A stretch of 64,000 bases of DNA, taken from the NCBI GenBank assembly GCA_965216325.1, contig OZ244160.1, positions 544,001 to 608,000 of the forward strand, written 5' to 3'. This stretch comes from Coraliomargarita sp. GTDB taxonomy: Bacteria; Verrucomicrobiota; Verrucomicrobiia; Opitutales; Coraliomargaritaceae. Below are positions 1 through 10,952 of this stretch, piece by piece. The first letter of the stretch is position 1. Every line of letters starts with the position of its first letter. The translations under genes and the position numbers were made by a program. The notes below the pieces were generated by a model, which was not told the DNA's origin, searched no databases, and saw only the letters and a list, made by a program, of their open reading frames with translations.

Positions 1-182
1 GAGTGGAGTGAGTTTCATGGTCGTATCGATGCACTCTCTAGGTTGAGAGTTTCTGTCATTTGTCAACGTGTGTTGAGCCTTGGGGGCGGGCTCTAGCCGG
101 TTTTAGAATCTGATTAAAAGCTCCTAAAGGCCGGCCCCAATACCAAATAACTCGTTGCCCGTGTTCTCCTCCAGAAGTACGC

Positions 183-1811
<1,629 letters not shown>

Positions 1812-2129
1812 GTTTGAAAGAAGTCAGGAGTAAGGAGTCAGAAGTGGGAAGATGTTGCTCTGACCTGATGCTCGATTTGAGTTTGAATGGGCGGATTGAA
1901 CGAACCTACCCGTCGATGGCAAAGAAAAAGCCCGCAGCATGTGCTGCCCCGATCCTTAGCAGTGTAAAAGTTTTCTCTGTGTAGAGTGTTTTGTTCGTTT
2001 CGCGCAAGCTGGCGCATCCGAACGGGTAGTTCGGATCGTGATACGTGCTTCGGGTTACGGGATTCGGGCGGATTGGCAGTGCGAGCGGCTCAGCGTCCGC
2101 GTAGGGGTATCGGGGCAATTTGATCGGCA

Positions 2130-3500
2130 TCAGCCTGGCGAGGGGCGCAACTTGTAGAGCGCCGAGAGTGCGTCTAGTTCGTGGGCAAACTTGCGCCACC
2201 ATGGCAGCCAACGGCTGTTCACACAGCACACTGCTTTGAGCTGACGGGCATGGCGCTTGAAGGTTACAGGGATGAGCATGAGCACATGCAGCAGGGTGCG
2301 GATACGTATGGGCTGCTCGTGGTCGGGCAGGTGAATCAGTTTGATCGCTTGGAGCAGGTTGTGCGCGAGCGCGCCGATTGCATAGAAGACCTGATTGGCT
2401 GCCAGACTCTTGCATGGGGGATGGTGCAAATCCATGTCGGTGAGCACTTGTGAGAACTGGCGCTCCCGGTCGCCTTTGAGCTTGTGCCGCTCCACGGCCA
2501 TATCGGCGCGCCCCTCACGCCCCGACTCACAGCAGATGAAGGCATAGCGCCCGAACAGTTCCCCATCGGCCAGTTGGTGACGCGTCACCGCAAAGAGCTG
2601 TGGCTGCTCGCAGCCCTCCGGCTGATAGCGCAGCCAAGCGTGCTGGGCACGGTGTTCTTTGCCATCGCGCCAACGCACGATCTGCTCGTCGCTCCACGCC
2701 GACTCCGGCAACTCTTTGGCGCAGCGCTCCGGTCCTTCAGTCCACTTGTTGTAACTGACGCTGAAACGATCCACTGTTTCGCCCAGTTTGTTGAGATAGA
2801 CCCCGGCACTGGACCCACTGTCTGCATACAGGTAACTCTTGTAGCTGCCAAGCAGGGCTTCGCATTGCTCCAACTGTTCGGGCAAAAGTTCGCTGCAATC
2901 GCGACTGCCTTTGCCCTGCCAACCGCAGGCCAGAAACGGCCCAACCCACAGCGTCTGCCAGGACAAAGTCGTATTGCCCTCGTAGTTGATCGCCGCTGAT
3001 TCGAAGCACTTGCCAGTCACCTCCAATTGCGTGTCGTCGAAAAACCACTCGAGTTCTCCACCATGCAAGAGCCGCCCGGGCACAATGCGATCCATCGCCC
3101 AGACAATGAACTCACGGTTGATCTGCAGCAAGGCTTCCGCCCCGTCCTTGCCAATGGCACGCATCCACTGCCCCAGTGTCGTTTCATCAGGGAAACGCTC
3201 AATCCCCAGAAAACGCTTCAATCCCGCCTCGTCGTTGAGACGCTCAAAGTCAGCCATACTCGCCCCGCCGCTGGCAAAACCAAACAGAAACGTCGCCACG
3301 TAAACAACCGGATCGTAACCCTTGCTCGTGTCCTTACGCGACTCCAACGCCGCTTCAGCACGCACACGCTCCCAGAGCCCACACTCCTGCGCAAAAGCCT
3401 TGATCGCGAACACACCGCCCTTGGCCGTCGCTTCTTCGCTGCTGCGAAACTCCACCTCGATTCGAGGGTTCTTCATACGGTAATGCTTCGACATGCACAC
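2130..3500 (-). mobile_element. IS1380-family-like DDE transposase (456 aa); element ends not resolved (candidate left end GGATTTAAGG at 3676-3685)
   Basis: N-terminal TAKGG motif, FPDETTL, FFDDT, ADSG, RHKLKGDRERQ and ANQVFYAIGALAHNLL resemble IS1380/DDE_Tnp_1_4 proteins. Confidence 0.75.
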
Positions 3501-3993
3501 TGCATAGCAAGTTTTTCACCATTTGGTGAACGAATCCCTGCCACTCTAAGGATTGGGGCGGCTAGTGACTGGGCATCGGCTCGGCCACGGTCGAGCGCAA
3601 TAGTGCCGGTGCTCCGCGCTCGCAGCATTACAGCAGGCTTTCCATCGAAAATGAAACTCATACAGTGAACAGCCAGGATTTAAGGATTCCGACAACCGCA
3701 GACCAAGTGTCATTGCTCAGTGCAGATAAACAATTAACCAACACTAATAGCTTTACTCCTCAATCTTTGGCGTAGGCTGTCTCAATTCGCGATCTCTGAT
3801 GAGGCTCCAGTAATTAGGAGCTACAGGTGTTGTTGCGAATATAGTTTACTCTCATTCGAAACATAATTGACTTTGGCCCTTAGTTGGCCGTCTATGGCCA
3901 CAAAACTGTGCTGCCGACTCGGGCGAGCTTTTGTAAGAGTCAGGTCGTTGCTGGGTTGTAGGTCACGACGTCAAAACATCGTCGTGAAAAAAA

Positions 3994-4506
3994 TCAATAA
4001 TACCCTGTGTGGCGAGTCTTTCGAGTCCATTGGTGCAGTAGGTCGCGGAAGAAGCTCGTCCTCTGTCTACTAACTTTTTCAGGAATGGCAGGTTGCGGCA
4101 TGTGGAGTCGATCAATGTAATGTTCTACTACATCAAAGGCGGCCTCACTTTTCCGTGGTTCATTCTTGTCATAGAACGCATCACATCCGCTTCCTCCGAA
4201 CTCTTCTTTTGTCGCTGCGTCTATCCCTGCTGAGACAATTATGACGGGGGCTTCAGGATTTACCGAACGAATTTCTTTGAGTTGGTTTAAATCCATCGGT
4301 TGGCCGTCGAAGTTGTTGTCGACAAAATAGATGTCTAGGTTCGGAGGCGCGATTGGTTTAGTAAAAATCGATACTCGGCAAACGGGAAAGCGCAGTTGTA
4401 TGCGCGCGCGCATCAATGCGGCTGCTGAGGAGTCACCATCAATGATGCCGACGCTTGGACAATATGCGGAATCGCAGAGATCGGGGTAGGAGTAGTATTG
4501 GCCCAT
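3994..4506 (-). CDS. Atypical single receiver-domain (response regulator-like) protein
   Basis: IIDGD ... DIYFVD ... PVIIVSA ... DAFYDK follow the CheY-like fold pattern. Confidence 0.6.
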   Translation of the reverse strand: MGQYYSYPDLCDSAYCPSVGIIDGDSSAAALMRARIQLRFPVCRVSIFTKPIAPPNLDIYFVDNNFDGQPMDLNQLKEIRSVNPEAPVIIVSAGIDAATKEEFGGSGCDAFYDKNEPRKSEAAFDVVEHYIDRLHMPQPAIPEKVSRQRTSFFRDLLHQWTRKTRHTGYY

Positions 4507-4703
4507 GCTAAACTCATATCATGCGCCATGCCAATTTTGTTTTATTATCACCCAAGTAGCTGATATGCAGGCATATGAGGGTTTTTTTTATCTAATTCTA
4601 TCTAGCGGTTCTCCATCGTGTTTGTGTAAAAATTACAGCATCCGACGCGCTTTAAAGTCCTCTCAGCTTGAAATCTGTAAAAACTACAATAGCCTCAGTC
4701 CTC

Positions 4704-4964
4704 ATGAAAGGTTTGGTGTTCACAGAATTCCTTGAGATGGTGGAATCTAAGTTCGGATATGAAGTGTTGGACCGTTTGACGTCTTTGCCATCCTTAAAGG
4801 GCCATGGAGCTTACACTTCGGTTGGAAACTATCCGCATGGTGAGATGTTGAAAATGCTCGACGAGCTGCATGGCGCGGTTGGGCTGCCACACCAAGAGCT
4901 GATCATGGCTTTCGCGGAGTGGCTATTCGGGACTTTTCTGAAGGTCCATCCGGAGTTTTTTGAG
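4704..4964 (+). pseudogene. Truncated heme-NO-binding (H-NOX/HNOB) domain protein, N-terminal ~87 aa only
   Basis: MKGLVFTEFLEMVESKFG...AYTSVGNYPHGEM...FAEWLF...HPEFF is a typical HNOB N-terminus; after ~4964 the frame runs into the antisense of the neighbouring gene. Confidence 0.75.
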
Positions 4965-5347
4965 CGGGCTTCGCTGCCGCCGCTCGTGCTCGGAGTGCCT
5001 TTGCCGGGGCCGCGACCTTCGCCGCCGTTTTCAGCGCGTTTTGCTTCGTGGAAGGCGCGCATTTCTTCGCGGGTGATGTTGCCATCGCCATCCGTGTCGA
5101 TCTCGGAGAAATTCTCCAGCAGGCGCTCGGCGTTGGCAGCCTCCGCCTCGTCGAGGGAGATCTGGCCATCCTGATTCGTGTCCATCTTTTTCAGATGCTG
5201 GGCGCGCTTCTGCTTCATGCCCTTTTTGCCACCTTTTTCGCAGTGCTTACCGTTGGTGTCGTCGCGGGTGCTACTGTCTTGCGCGCTTGCAAAGGCGGGG
5301 ATCAAGAGGGCGGCCAGTGCAGTGATGAGGAGTGTTTTGATTTTCAT
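4829..5347 (-). CDS. Secreted EF-hand protein; native C-terminus probably lost at the ~4965 junction
   Basis: Signal peptide MKIKTLLITALAALLIPAFASA; two EF-hand loops DTNQDGQISLDE and DTDGDGNITREE. Confidence 0.75.
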   Translation of the reverse strand: MKIKTLLITALAALLIPAFASAQDSSTRDDTNGKHCEKGGKKGMKQKRAQHLKKMDTNQDGQISLDEAEAANAERLLENFSEIDTDGDGNITREEMRAFHEAKRAENGGEGRGPGKGTPSTSGGSEARSKNSGWTFRKVPNSHSAKAMISSWCGSPTAPCSSSSIFNISPCG

Positions 5348-5459
5348 GGGATGTATTTGAGTGAATGCTTCAAAATCGCCGTTGGTGGCGTGTTCATCCC
5401 TAATATCGTGAGCCGTTCCGGAAAGTTGCAGCGAATTGTCGGCTCGCTGTTCCAAAAAC

Positions 5460-5559
5460 GGTTCGCCCCAAAGACATCGGGTTCATTCCATGGCATTGCG
5501 CCATACAAGTGTTACCGATGTCCTTGTGCTATCTGTTACCGATGTCTTTGGGGCGAACC
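5460..5559. repeat. Perfect 21-bp inverted repeat (GGTTCGCCCCAAAGACATCGG / CCGATGTCTTTGGGGCGAACC) with a 58-bp spacer
   Basis: Arms at 5460-5480 and 5539-5559; TGTTACCGATGTC occurs twice at the right side. Confidence 0.8.
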
Positions 5560-5700
5560 AATGATGATACCCGTCTTTACTGCCGACATAATTCCAGATA
5601 CTAACCTTGGGTTCCTGCCATTGACCTTTGGCTTGTTGAACTCCGGCACAAAAAGAAAACGCATTAAGGCCATCCTGAGCCAACAGGCGCTCAGCGGCTT

Positions 5701-5763
5701 GTTCAACCATCGTTCAAGGCCGAGCTTCGTCCCTCAGCTCGGCTAGAACGTTTATTGTTCGGC
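5701..5763 (-). other. attC site 1 (end of the yefM-yoeB cassette)
   Basis: Minus strand: GCCGAAC (R'') directly after the yoeB stop, palindrome CGTTCTAGCCGAGCT...AGCTCGGCCTTGAACG, then GTTGAAC (R'). R'' is the exact complement of the cassette start GTTCGGC at 6312-6318. Confidence 0.85.
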
Positions 5764-6018
5764 TCAGTAGTGGTGTCGTAGTTGAGCAATCTGAATTTCA
5801 TCTCCTTCGATTCGATAAACAATTCGATGCTCTTCATTTATTCTTCTAGACCAAAAACCTGAAAGTGTGTGCTTCAGTGGCTCTGGCTTACCGATTCCTT
5901 CATGTCGATTACGGTCAATATCCTTAATTAGCTCATTTACCTTCTTGAGCATTCTTTTGTCTGTTTTCTGCCAGTAGAGATAATCTTCCCAAGCTCGGTC
6001 CGAGAATATTTTCTTCAT
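5764..6018 (-). CDS. yoeB: Txe/YoeB-family toxin
   Basis: FSDRAWEDYLYWQ...GIGKPEPLKH.LSGFWSRRINEEHRIVY...HY; its start overlaps the antitoxin stop. Confidence 0.93.
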   Translation of the reverse strand: MKKIFSDRAWEDYLYWQKTDKRMLKKVNELIKDIDRNRHEGIGKPEPLKHTLSGFWSRRINEEHRIVYRIEGDEIQIAQLRHHY

Positions 6019-6266
6019 TCAATCAATTCTCTTTCAGTTCCTTTTTTGGCATTCAATTGCTCGATGGAATCAATAAGTCGCTTTGCATTCTTTGGGCTTC
6101 TGAGCAGATAGGTAGTCTCCTGCATAGATTCAAAATCTTCCAGAGACATCATGACTACAGCATCCGTGCCTTTCTTTGTGATGATGACAGGGTCGTGGTT
6201 CTCGCAAACTTGAGTGATTGTGTTGGCCAGATTTTCTCTCGCGTGTGAATAGGTGATGGCGTTCAT
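6015..6266 (-). CDS. yefM: Phd/YefM-family antitoxin
   Basis: MNAITYSHARENLA...HDPVIITKKG..AVVMMSLEDFESMQETTYLLRSPKNAKRL. Confidence 0.93.
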   Translation of the reverse strand: MNAITYSHARENLANTITQVCENHDPVIITKKGTDAVVMMSLEDFESMQETTYLLRSPKNAKRLIDSIEQLNAKKGTERELIE

Positions 6267-6372
6267 GGTTGTCCAATATGCTGGACAATTGCATGCGGTC
6301 AAATTCTTTCTGCCGAACGTGGAGGATGAGCGATTAGTGGGCGCAGCACACTAGTTGCTCAATGCGACTGGG

Positions 6373-8278
6373 GTGTGCCGAGCATGCGCTCGATGTAAAA
6401 GTGGTTAAAGTCCGCTATAGTAAGAACCTAATCATAAAATGAAAGAACTATTACCAGATGCCAAGGGCGTTGTCGTGAGGCAGGGTCTGAAGGAAGGCTA
6501 TGGGAAAGCTGCGAGCTGATGAACAAAAACTGCATAGAAGGCCGACGTGGTCTGGTGAGCTGGCACCACACAGCGAAACCGCTAGGTTCAGCCACGCAGG
6601 TAAATGCAGCAGTTGTGCAGCGGAGCATCGAGTGCTTACCTCGGGAGGCCTCAGCGAGTGGCATGGGTTGGCTTAAAGGTGTCAATCAAGCCCATGCACC
6701 TGAGTCAGTAATGACACAGGCGGCACTGGTTGAGGAGTCAGCAGCGAGCATAGTAGTCATGGAACCGCGAGCCATGAGTAGGTCGATAGGCCGAAGAGCA
6801 TGGAGGTCTCGAACGTGATGAAGGCTCAAACCGTATATGGGCAGTCCGACCCGCAGGCAGGTTCACCTCTCACTGGCACAGACCCGTGTCGAGAGTTGGG
6901 CGATGTTTGTGCAGGGAAGCATGGGGCTGCCGAGCAAGAACTACTGGAGTTGATGCTGGACCGCGCTAATCTGAACGCAGCTTGGCGGCGTGTGCGCAGC
7001 AACGGTGGAGCTTCTGGCATCGACGGTATGTCGATCGAGGACTTTCTGCCGTTTGCGCGCGAGCACTGGTCGCGGATCGAGACTCAACTGAAAGAGGGAA
7101 CCTACCAGCCAGCCGCGGTGCGCCGCGTCTGGATACCGAAGGACAATGGGGAGAAGCGCCCACTGGGCATCCCCACGGTGTTGGATCGTGTGATCCAGCA
7201 AGCCATCGCTCAGGTAATTGCGCCGATCTTTGAGGCACAGTTCAGTGAGCACAGCTTCGGCTTTCGTCCAGAACGCCGAGCTCATGACGCAGTCAAGTCG
7301 ATCCAAAGCGCAGCCGCCAAAGGTCACGTGTACGCGGTCGATTGTGACCTGAAGTCATTCTTCGACACGGTCGATCATCGTGAATTGATGCAGCGTCTAG
7401 CGCGCCGGATCAAAGACGGGCGCGTGTTGCGCCTGATCTACCGCTACCTGAAAGCAGGCATCCGCTTGCCCGATGGCAACACCGAGGCAACCGCCGAGGG
7501 GGTGCCACAGGGGGGACCGCTCAGTCCGCTACTGGCCAATATCATGCTCGATGACCTCGACCATGAACTCGAACAACGCGGGCACCGTTTCGCACGCTAC
7601 GCCGACGATTTTGTTATCGTCGTCCAAAGCAAGCGAGCGGCTGAGCGCGTGATGCACAGCATCAGTGGCTTCATCGAAGCGAAGCTCAAACTGATCGTGA
7701 ATCGCGAGAAAACGAAGGCGGGTCGGCTGACACAGTGCAGCTTCCTCGGATTCGTGATCTCGCCCAAGCGTATCCGCTGCTTGGATACCAAACTGCACAC
7801 GTTCAAGAAGACCATCCGTCAAATCACCTGTCGCAGTTGGGGCATCTCCATGGAGGAACGCCTCGAACGTCTACGACTGTATGTGAATGGCTGGCTGGGT
7901 TACTTCGCTATCGGTGTGCCGTTCAAGGATATCCGCAGCATGGATCAATGGCTACGAAGGCGTGTGCGCTTGTGCTACTGGAAACAGTGGCGTTTACCGC
8001 GCACGCGCTACCGCAAGCTACGCGCGCTTGGGATCAACCCGAAGACGATTAAGCAGGCTAGTCGTTGTCGAAAAGGCTACTGGCGCTGCAGCAAACTGCG
8101 AGTGGTCAGTATCGCGATGAACAACCAATGGCTCGCCGAACAAGGCTGCCCCTCAATCAAAGAACAGTGGCTCAAACTCTGCTATCCAAACGGATAGCCC
8201 TAACGGAACCGCCGTGCTACGGAGCCGTATGGCCGGTGGTGTGGGGGCGGGAGTCAGTGATGGCTCCCGCTACCCGAT
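6373..8278 (+). mobile_element. Group II intron A, copy 1 (IIC-like, attC-inserted), 1906 nt
   Basis: 5' GTGTG; domain V CCGCCGTGCTACGGAGCCGTATGGCCGGTGG; domain VI ending TACCCGAT; boundaries defined by near-identity with the copy at 10953-12858. Confidence 0.9.
6800..8197 (+). CDS. ltrA: Intron-encoded reverse transcriptase/maturase of intron A (no endonuclease domain; true start may be ATG 6818)
   Basis: RPLGIPTVLDRVIQQA, SFGFRP, DLKSFFD, GVPQGGPLSPLLANI, RYADD, maturase X domain GWLGYF...YWKQW. Confidence 0.93.
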   Translation: MEVSNVMKAQTVYGQSDPQAGSPLTGTDPCRELGDVCAGKHGAAEQELLELMLDRANLNAAWRRVRSNGGASGIDGMSIEDFLPFAREHWSRIETQLKEGTYQPAAVRRVWIPKDNGEKRPLGIPTVLDRVIQQAIAQVIAPIFEAQFSEHSFGFRPERRAHDAVKSIQSAAAKGHVYAVDCDLKSFFDTVDHRELMQRLARRIKDGRVLRLIYRYLKAGIRLPDGNTEATAEGVPQGGPLSPLLANIMLDDLDHELEQRGHRFARYADDFVIVVQSKRAAERVMHSISGFIEAKLKLIVNREKTKAGRLTQCSFLGFVISPKRIRCLDTKLHTFKKTIRQITCRSWGISMEERLERLRLYVNGWLGYFAIGVPFKDIRSMDQWLRRRVRLCYWKQWRLPRTRYRKLRALGINPKTIKQASRCRKGYWRCSKLRVVSIAMNNQWLAEQGCPSIKEQWLKLCYPNG

Positions 8279-10175
8279 TATGCCCGGCATGTTGTTAAAG
8301 TTGTGAGGTGTAAGTCCTCTGTGAGTATGTCCAAAATAACAATTCAATCACTAGTGAAGCACAAGGGCAAAGTCGTGAGGCTATTGTCTGGAAGCAGTGT
8401 GGATCAAAGGCATGAGCCGATGCACAAAAACGGCATAGGAGGCGTGTGCAGTGGGATGAGCGGGCCCAGGATCGCGAAGTCCTCTTTTGGACGAACTGTA
8501 TGCGTAAATGTCGCGGTTGTGTGCCGAAGGTTTAACAACTTATCCGGGGAGGCCTCGGCCAGTGGCGTCAGTGAGCTTAAATGTGCTCGTCGTAGCTGCC
8601 GCAGCGGATGCAGTGATGCATGCGTGATCATGGGCCGAGGAGTCAGCAAAGGGCATAGTAGCCGCGGAGACGAGCTTGTCAGTGGCAGGACGGACTCACG
8701 CAGCGGTGAAGGCCTGCAATACGTATGGCAAGCGGACTTGCCTCTGGAACCCACCCATAAACGCCGACCGGCGCGCGGGCACGAGGAACTGGAGCAACAC
8801 AGCCGCTTGCAGCCGGAGCTAATGGAGGCGATCTTCAGTAGCTCCAACCTCGATGCGGCGTATCGCCGCGTCAAAGCCAATGGTGGTGCCGCTGGTGTGG
8901 ATGGCGTGAGTCTGAGCAAATTTACGCTGTGGTTTCGACTGCGGCGTGATCGCTTGCTGCGCCGTCTGCATCTAGGTAACTACCGTCCGAGTCCGGTTCG
9001 CCGGACTTACATTGCCAAGTCGAACGGGAACAGGCGCCCTCTGGGTATCCCAACTGTGTTCGACCGAATCGTGCAACAAGCGATTCATCAAGTGCTCTGT
9101 CCGTTATTGGATCCGAGCTTTAGTGTCCACAGCTACGGTTTCCGTCCGAACTGTCGTGGCCACGACGCGGTGCGCCGCATCATGACTACGAACAAGGAAG
9201 GCTACCGCTGGGCAGTGGACATCGACCTGAAGAGCTTTTTCGACAAGGTCCCGCAAGCGCGTGCGTTGGAAGCACTACGCGAGCGTCTCGGTGGGGATGG
9301 TCCCGTCGTGCGCTTGATTAAGCGCTATCTGCAAGCGGGCTACGTCGAACTGGGCAGCTTCAAAGCCACACCCGAAGGCATGCCGCAAGGTGGACCGCTC
9401 TCGCCGCTGCTGTCCAATCTGGTGCTGGATGCGCTGGACAAGGAATTGGAGCAGCGCGGGCATCGCTTCGTCCGCTATGCCGACGACTTCGTGGTGTTGG
9501 TCAAAAGCGAACGCGCCGCACAGCGCGTGTTCGCGAGCCTATGTCGTTTCATTGAGAAGCGACTCGGTCTGGAAGTGAACCGCGACAAGAGTGCGGTGCG
9601 TCCGATTCGTGAGCTGAGCTATCTCGGCTTCAGTTTTCGATTGGGCAAGATTGCGGTCAGCGAAGCTTCGCTGGCCGAGTTCAACTACCGTCTCAAGCAA
9701 TACACCCGTCGTAACTGGAGTGTGAGCATGGAATATCGTCTGTATCAGATCCGCCAATACGTGCGGGGCTGGATGGGCTACTTCGGACTCAGTGAAAACT
9801 CCAGTTTATGGATCTGGATTGACCGCTGGCTTCGCAGGCGAGTTCGCATGTGCTACTGGCGCATGTGGAAACGCCCGCGACGTCGCTATCTCAATCTGGT
9901 GAAAATTGGCTCCAATAGTAAGTTTGCTGGTGGCTTTGCTAAAAGCTCAAAGGGCTACTGGCGTCTGGCTCAAGCGCTGGGCACACAAACGGCAATGAGC
10001 AATCAATGGCTAGAGGAACAAGGCCTGATCAACATCAGGCAACAATGGTGGAGTTTAAAGCTCCTGCGTATAACCGCCTTAAAACAGACTGCGTAACACT
10101 GTGATCAGTCTGGCTGCGGACCCGCACGGCAGGTGGTGTGAGAGCCGGGGGACTTAGTGCCCTCGGCTACTCGAT
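8279..10175 (+). mobile_element. Group II intron B (distinct sequence); its first nucleotide G is apparently displaced to 6372 by intron A
   Basis: (G)TATGCCCGGCATG resembles IIC 5' ends (GTGCGCCCGGCATG); domain V/VI at ~10105-10175 ends TACTCGAT, followed by the attC remainder TTCTAC. Confidence 0.85.
8822..10096 (+). CDS. ltrA: Intron-encoded reverse transcriptase/maturase of intron B (start uncertain; the upstream part of the 597-aa ORF is ribozyme sequence)
   Basis: RPLGIPTVFDRIVQQA, SYGFRP, DLKSFFD, GMPQGGPLSPLLSNL, RYADD, GWMGYF...YWRMW. Confidence 0.9.
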   Translation: MEAIFSSSNLDAAYRRVKANGGAAGVDGVSLSKFTLWFRLRRDRLLRRLHLGNYRPSPVRRTYIAKSNGNRRPLGIPTVFDRIVQQAIHQVLCPLLDPSFSVHSYGFRPNCRGHDAVRRIMTTNKEGYRWAVDIDLKSFFDKVPQARALEALRERLGGDGPVVRLIKRYLQAGYVELGSFKATPEGMPQGGPLSPLLSNLVLDALDKELEQRGHRFVRYADDFVVLVKSERAAQRVFASLCRFIEKRLGLEVNRDKSAVRPIRELSYLGFSFRLGKIAVSEASLAEFNYRLKQYTRRNWSVSMEYRLYQIRQYVRGWMGYFGLSENSSLWIWIDRWLRRRVRMCYWRMWKRPRRRYLNLVKIGSNSKFAGGFAKSSKGYWRLAQALGTQTAMSNQWLEEQGLINIRQQWWSLKLLRITALKQTA

Positions 10176-10263
10176 TTCTACCAGACAGTCTGTGGGTTGT
10201 GGGTGGAGTGACGATTCATACTGCTTCTCTTCGTCATGCTAGTTTTCTTCTGTCCGATCGGAT

Positions 10264-10500
10264 TCAATGCTTCTTTTTTCGAATGCAGGTGTAGGTCGCG
10301 AAAATAAAACCAAGCCCAGCCCCGACGAGCGGATCTCTGACGAAACCTGCTCTATACTCTTCTTTTGTTATTGGCTCCCAGTGAGATGAGTTCTGAGTGC
10401 TTCGTGTGTCGAAGAAACCTAAGATGCCGCTAGCCCAGACGAGTCCTCCTATGGCTCCAAAAATGAAGTAGAAGAGATATATGTTTAAGTTCTGTTTCAT
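10264..10500 (-). CDS. Cassette gene: small two-TM membrane protein of unknown function (78 aa)
   Basis: ATG 7 nt after the cassette start with GAAGGA RBS; two hydrophobic segments; bounded by attC3 and attC2. Confidence 0.7.
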   Translation of the reverse strand: MKQNLNIYLFYFIFGAIGGLVWASGILGFFDTRSTQNSSHWEPITKEEYRAGFVRDPLVGAGLGFIFATYTCIRKKKH

Positions 10501-10506
10501 TCCTTC

Positions 10507-10612
10507 GTAGAACGTGAAGAGTAGTCGATGCGAGCCTAACGGGTCAATCGTGCAAATGATTCTCGGATAACCCAGCGGCTGATCTCGCATTGACTAGCTC
10601 GACTGGTTGGCA
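10507..10612 (-). other. attC site 3 (intact, 106 bp)
   Basis: Plus strand GTAGAAC...TAGTCGATGCGAG...CTCGCATTGACTA...CGACTGGTTGGCA; GTTGGCA is the exact complement of the cassette start TGCCAAC at 10893-10899. Confidence 0.85.
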
Positions 10613-10626
10613 TCCCCCGCTTCGAT

Positions 10627-10878
10627 CTAAAAGGGTGTGTCGATTTCATCGTCATCGCTCGTCGGCTCATCGGTCATATACTCCCACATTTCATTTTGGT
10701 GCAACCAGATTGGGTCTGCATTCCGACGAATAAAATCATCCTGAGGGATCCCTTCAACTAGTGGCTGTATTCTTTTAACTCTCTTTTGTTTGCCTCCAAC
10801 GAAAACGGTCTCGTAGAGCTCACGGCGCCTCTTCTTTTCTGCCTTTTCTGATGGTGTGAGTTTTCGCTTTCTTCCCAT
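10627..10878 (-). CDS. Cassette gene: small basic/acidic hypothetical protein (83 aa)
   Basis: MGRKRKLTPSEKAEKKRRRE...FIRRNADPIWLHQNEMWEYM; bounded by attC4 and attC3. Confidence 0.75.
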   Translation of the reverse strand: MGRKRKLTPSEKAEKKRRRELYETVFVGGKQKRVKRIQPLVEGIPQDDFIRRNADPIWLHQNEMWEYMTDEPTSDDDEIDTPF

Positions 10879-10952
10879 TTTTAATTCATTTTTGCCAACG
10901 TAAAGAGGGGTAATCACTGGGCGCAGCACAGTGATTGACCCTCTCGACTGGT

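Larger units (their letters stand above)
6312..10181 (-). other. attC site 2, split by the intron twintron (left part 6312-6371, right part 10176-10181)
   Basis: Plus strand GCCGAAC...ATGAGCGATTAGTG-GGCGCAGCA-CACTAGTTGCTCAATGCGACTGG|TTCTAC. The rejoined GTTCTAC is the exact complement of the cassette start GTAGAAC at 10507-10513. Confidence 0.8.

Noticed and set aside
1..18. Possible start of a minus-strand gene (MKLTPL) at the window edge
   Set aside because: Too short to verify
1860..1960. Right inverted repeat and target duplication of the IS1380-like element
   Set aside because: Only a weak match (CCCGATCCT) to the candidate left end and no target duplication found
4518..4533. Minus-strand sigma-54-like promoter TGGCATGGCGCATGAT
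   Set aside because: The -12 element is GA rather than GC and it is very close to the ATG; too weak to call
6428..6818. Duplicated small ORFs (85 aa and 99 aa; repeated at 11008-11398)
   Set aside because: They lie in intron A RNA domains and are duplicated only because the intron is
8303..8821. N-terminal ~170 aa of the 597-aa ORF as an unusual RT extension
   Set aside because: This stretch is the ribozyme domains I-III of intron B; the open frame is probably incidental
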